Below, piece by piece: positions 61,536 to 64,000 of a stretch of 64,000 bases of DNA (its first letter is position 1; the number at the start of each line of letters is the position of its first letter). The notes beneath the pieces were generated by a model. That model made no database searches, was not told the origin of the DNA, and saw only the letters and a list, made by a program, of their open reading frames with translations. Location: NCBI RefSeq assembly GCF_009914755.1, contig NC_060928.1. One strand, written 5' to 3'. The position numbers and the translations under genes are program-made. This DNA comes from the human T2T-CHM13v2.0 reference genome, Homo sapiens.

Positions 61536-62020
61536 TCTTCCTATGTATTTATGCTTAACTGTTTTATGTATCCACAATCTAGTCTCCCTTTTTATTCTTA
61601 TAACAAGAAATTAGATTTTGCACCAATGGGTTTTGGTTCATTAGAATATTTCTTTGGGATTTAATGACGTTTGGAATTGAGTATTCTTTTAGTAATCTCT
61701 AGTGATTCCCTCTTTCATTCCCCATGATCAGTGCTTCAAACTTTTACAAACTCATGGACTCTTTAATCCATTCAATATGCTTCTTAGTAGAATATTTTCT
61801 CACTTAGTCACTGAAAATATAGGCTGTCTTAGGTATGAATTCCCTAATATTCTGTTTTTTTTTAAACTTCAAATTGTATTTAATTCTTCTCTTCCTTGTG
61901 CCAACTCTTGCCTCTGCTTCCTCTTAAGGGACTGCCCTGGCCCTCTGCCCCTTATGCTCATTACTACCCACCCTCTGGAAGAAGTCAACCCTTGCTATTT
62001 CTACATCTTCATTTGCCACT

Positions 62021-62371
62021 TGACATGATTTGGCTGTGTCCCTACCCAAATCTCATCTTGAATTGTAATTCCTTCATGTTGTGGGAGGGACCCGTTTGGA
62101 GATAATTGAATCATGGGGGTGGTTTCTCCCATACTGTTCTCATGGTAGTGAATAAGTCTCAGGAGATCTGATGGCTTTATAAGGGGAAACCCGTTTCACT
62201 TGGCTCTCACTCTTCTCTTGCCTGCTGCCATGTGAGACGTGTCTTTCACCTTCTGCCATGATTGTGGGATCTCCCCAGCCACATGGAACTGTGAGTCCAT
62301 TAAACCTTTCTTTTGTAAATTGCTTATTCTTGGGTATGTCTTTTTCAGCAGTGTGAAAATGAACGAATATA
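62021..62371 (+). mobile_element. THE1 solo LTR
   Basis: TGACATGATTTGGCTGTGTCCCTACCCAAATCTCATCTTGAATTG start; 5-bp TSD CCACT. Confidence 0.93.
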
Positions 62372-63345
62372 CCACTATTCTTGATACTGTTTTTTATATC
62401 CACAACTCTTTTATTATAAGTCACCTATTATCATCTAATCATCAAGTCCAATAATTTCTTCTTCATCTCCATACCACATGAACTTACTTTAATTTTGATT
62501 TTGTTGATCCATCTTACATCTTATACCACCACCACGTTTTGTTTAACTCTTTGTCTTCTTGTTACTCTTCATAAATATTTGGTAAGCATATGTAATTTAT
62601 TTAATTTCTTCCTGTTTTTCATATACAACCAAAAATATGGGTGCTAGCCAAAGTCCTATGCTCTGGTGCTAGTGATCAAAACCCAATTCGGAACAACCGA
62701 AGCAATAACAGAATGTAGAGTGGGCCTCATTCATGGACTCCAATGTCATCATCAGACTCTCTCTGCTATGCGTCCTCCATTCTGTGAGTCCCATGTAATG
62801 ACAAAGTTGACCACTAAGTGCTCTCAGCTTATATTATCTTTATAGCTAACAAGCTGGGGAGAAGCGACTACCTTTTTTCTGTTATCTTTACAGATAGCAG
62901 ATGTTCCCAATAACTTTATAGATGTCTATAGTTACTTACTGGCCCAGCTTAGGTTCTGAGATCATCCCTGAATCAGTCACTACGATCAAGGGATGGGAGG
63001 ACTTGGAATTACCAGTCTTGGATCACATACTCACTCCTGCAGTTGGGATTTGGGCCATGTCTTTCTCAGAAGCACATGACCTGAGAATGGGAGAGGATTG
63101 GGTCTCTAAAGCGATACCGAGTATCTTACCTTCCTATTTTTTTATACGTATTCTTGGGTTATCATGTCAACTGCTGTAGCTTCTACTATTATCTATTAGT
63201 TGGTATTTTGCAAGTCTCATAATAAGAATGAGCCTAAATAAACTAGAAAGCCACTGGAAAATTAATTGGAGCTAGAGGCACTGCTCCAAAGGCAATGGTT
63301 GATACTAATGAAAAAAAAAAATGAAAGCATAACGTTCAAAGAGGA

Positions 63346-63760
63346 TGTCACACTTATATGTGGTTTGCAAAGTATCACTACCAGATACCAAAGTATCACT
63401 ACCGGAATCAGGCAAATCATAATAATTCAATAGCTGAGTAGGTAGATATTGCCAATATTGCCCCAATTCAGGTAGATTTCCAGGACTTCTTTGCAGTCTC
63501 AGAAGAAAGCCCGCCCGAGGCAGGTAAAAAGCAGGATCTGACCCTGCAGCTGAAGGAGGGCTGAGTGGGAACCAGAAGGGGCATCAGGGGCCTAGTCAGG
63601 CAGGTTGGTTTCCAGTAGAAGACCCTAGTCCTGGGGATAGACCAGGGAAGCAAATACATACGCTGGGAAGAACATAGAAAGTGGCAGACAGGAGACTAAT
63701 ACAGGTGGGACCGGTACAGAGAGGAGATGGGTATTGAAAAAGTAGTTGCTTGGGGTTACA
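63346..63760 (-). mobile_element. Possible ancient LTR-like element
   Basis: 415-bp GC-richer block; minus strand reads TGTAACCCC...GTGTGACA; no TSD. Confidence 0.35.
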
Positions 63761-64000
63761 CTCAGGTTTTTTTTTTTTTTTTAATGTAACAAGTACCACA
63801 GCTCCTTGTAAATGTAACTTTGCTATAATCCAAAGTATTGTGAATACTCAAAGATAGGCTTTTGAGAACTTCTGTTCCTACCAATTGCATTTCAGTTTTC
63901 TTCTTTGTAAATAAAAAATTACAAACAAAACATTCAGGTTGAATTAGCTAATCTCTAAATTATCTTCTCAATTATACATACCTATAATTCTATGAGTATT

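Overview
This is primate (very likely human) genomic DNA, not prokaryotic. It is AT-rich, CpG-depleted and dominated by interspersed repeats. Contents: about 14 Alu/FLAM copies, one full-length but inactivated L1PA7-like LINE-1 (23363-29707, +), an orphan L1PA7-like 5'UTR, several older L1/L2/MIR fragments, more than 12 solo LTRs (THE1, MST, MLT1/2, MER11, MER31, MER61, LTR33 and others, several with intact target-site duplications, TSDs) and DNA-transposon fossils (MER5, MER1A, Charlie1, MER6). No intact protein-coding gene is recognisable; most ORF-track entries are Alu, L1 or LTR read-throughs or short chance ORFs. The best candidate functional unique sequence is a CpG-enriched promoter-like block at about 43.2-43.8 kb. 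It has CCAAT/TATA-like boxes and a GTAAGT splice donor, and is followed by a candidate 11-nt microexon at 44135-44145. Other items worth checking are a pre-miRNA-like hairpin (about 59.7 kb), a fixed-period 47-bp repeat, a degenerate ~165-bp tandem repeat and several nested or deletion-associated insertions. I found no convincing novel biological system. Repeat subfamily names come from recalled consensus sequences and need RepeatMasker/Dfam confirmation.
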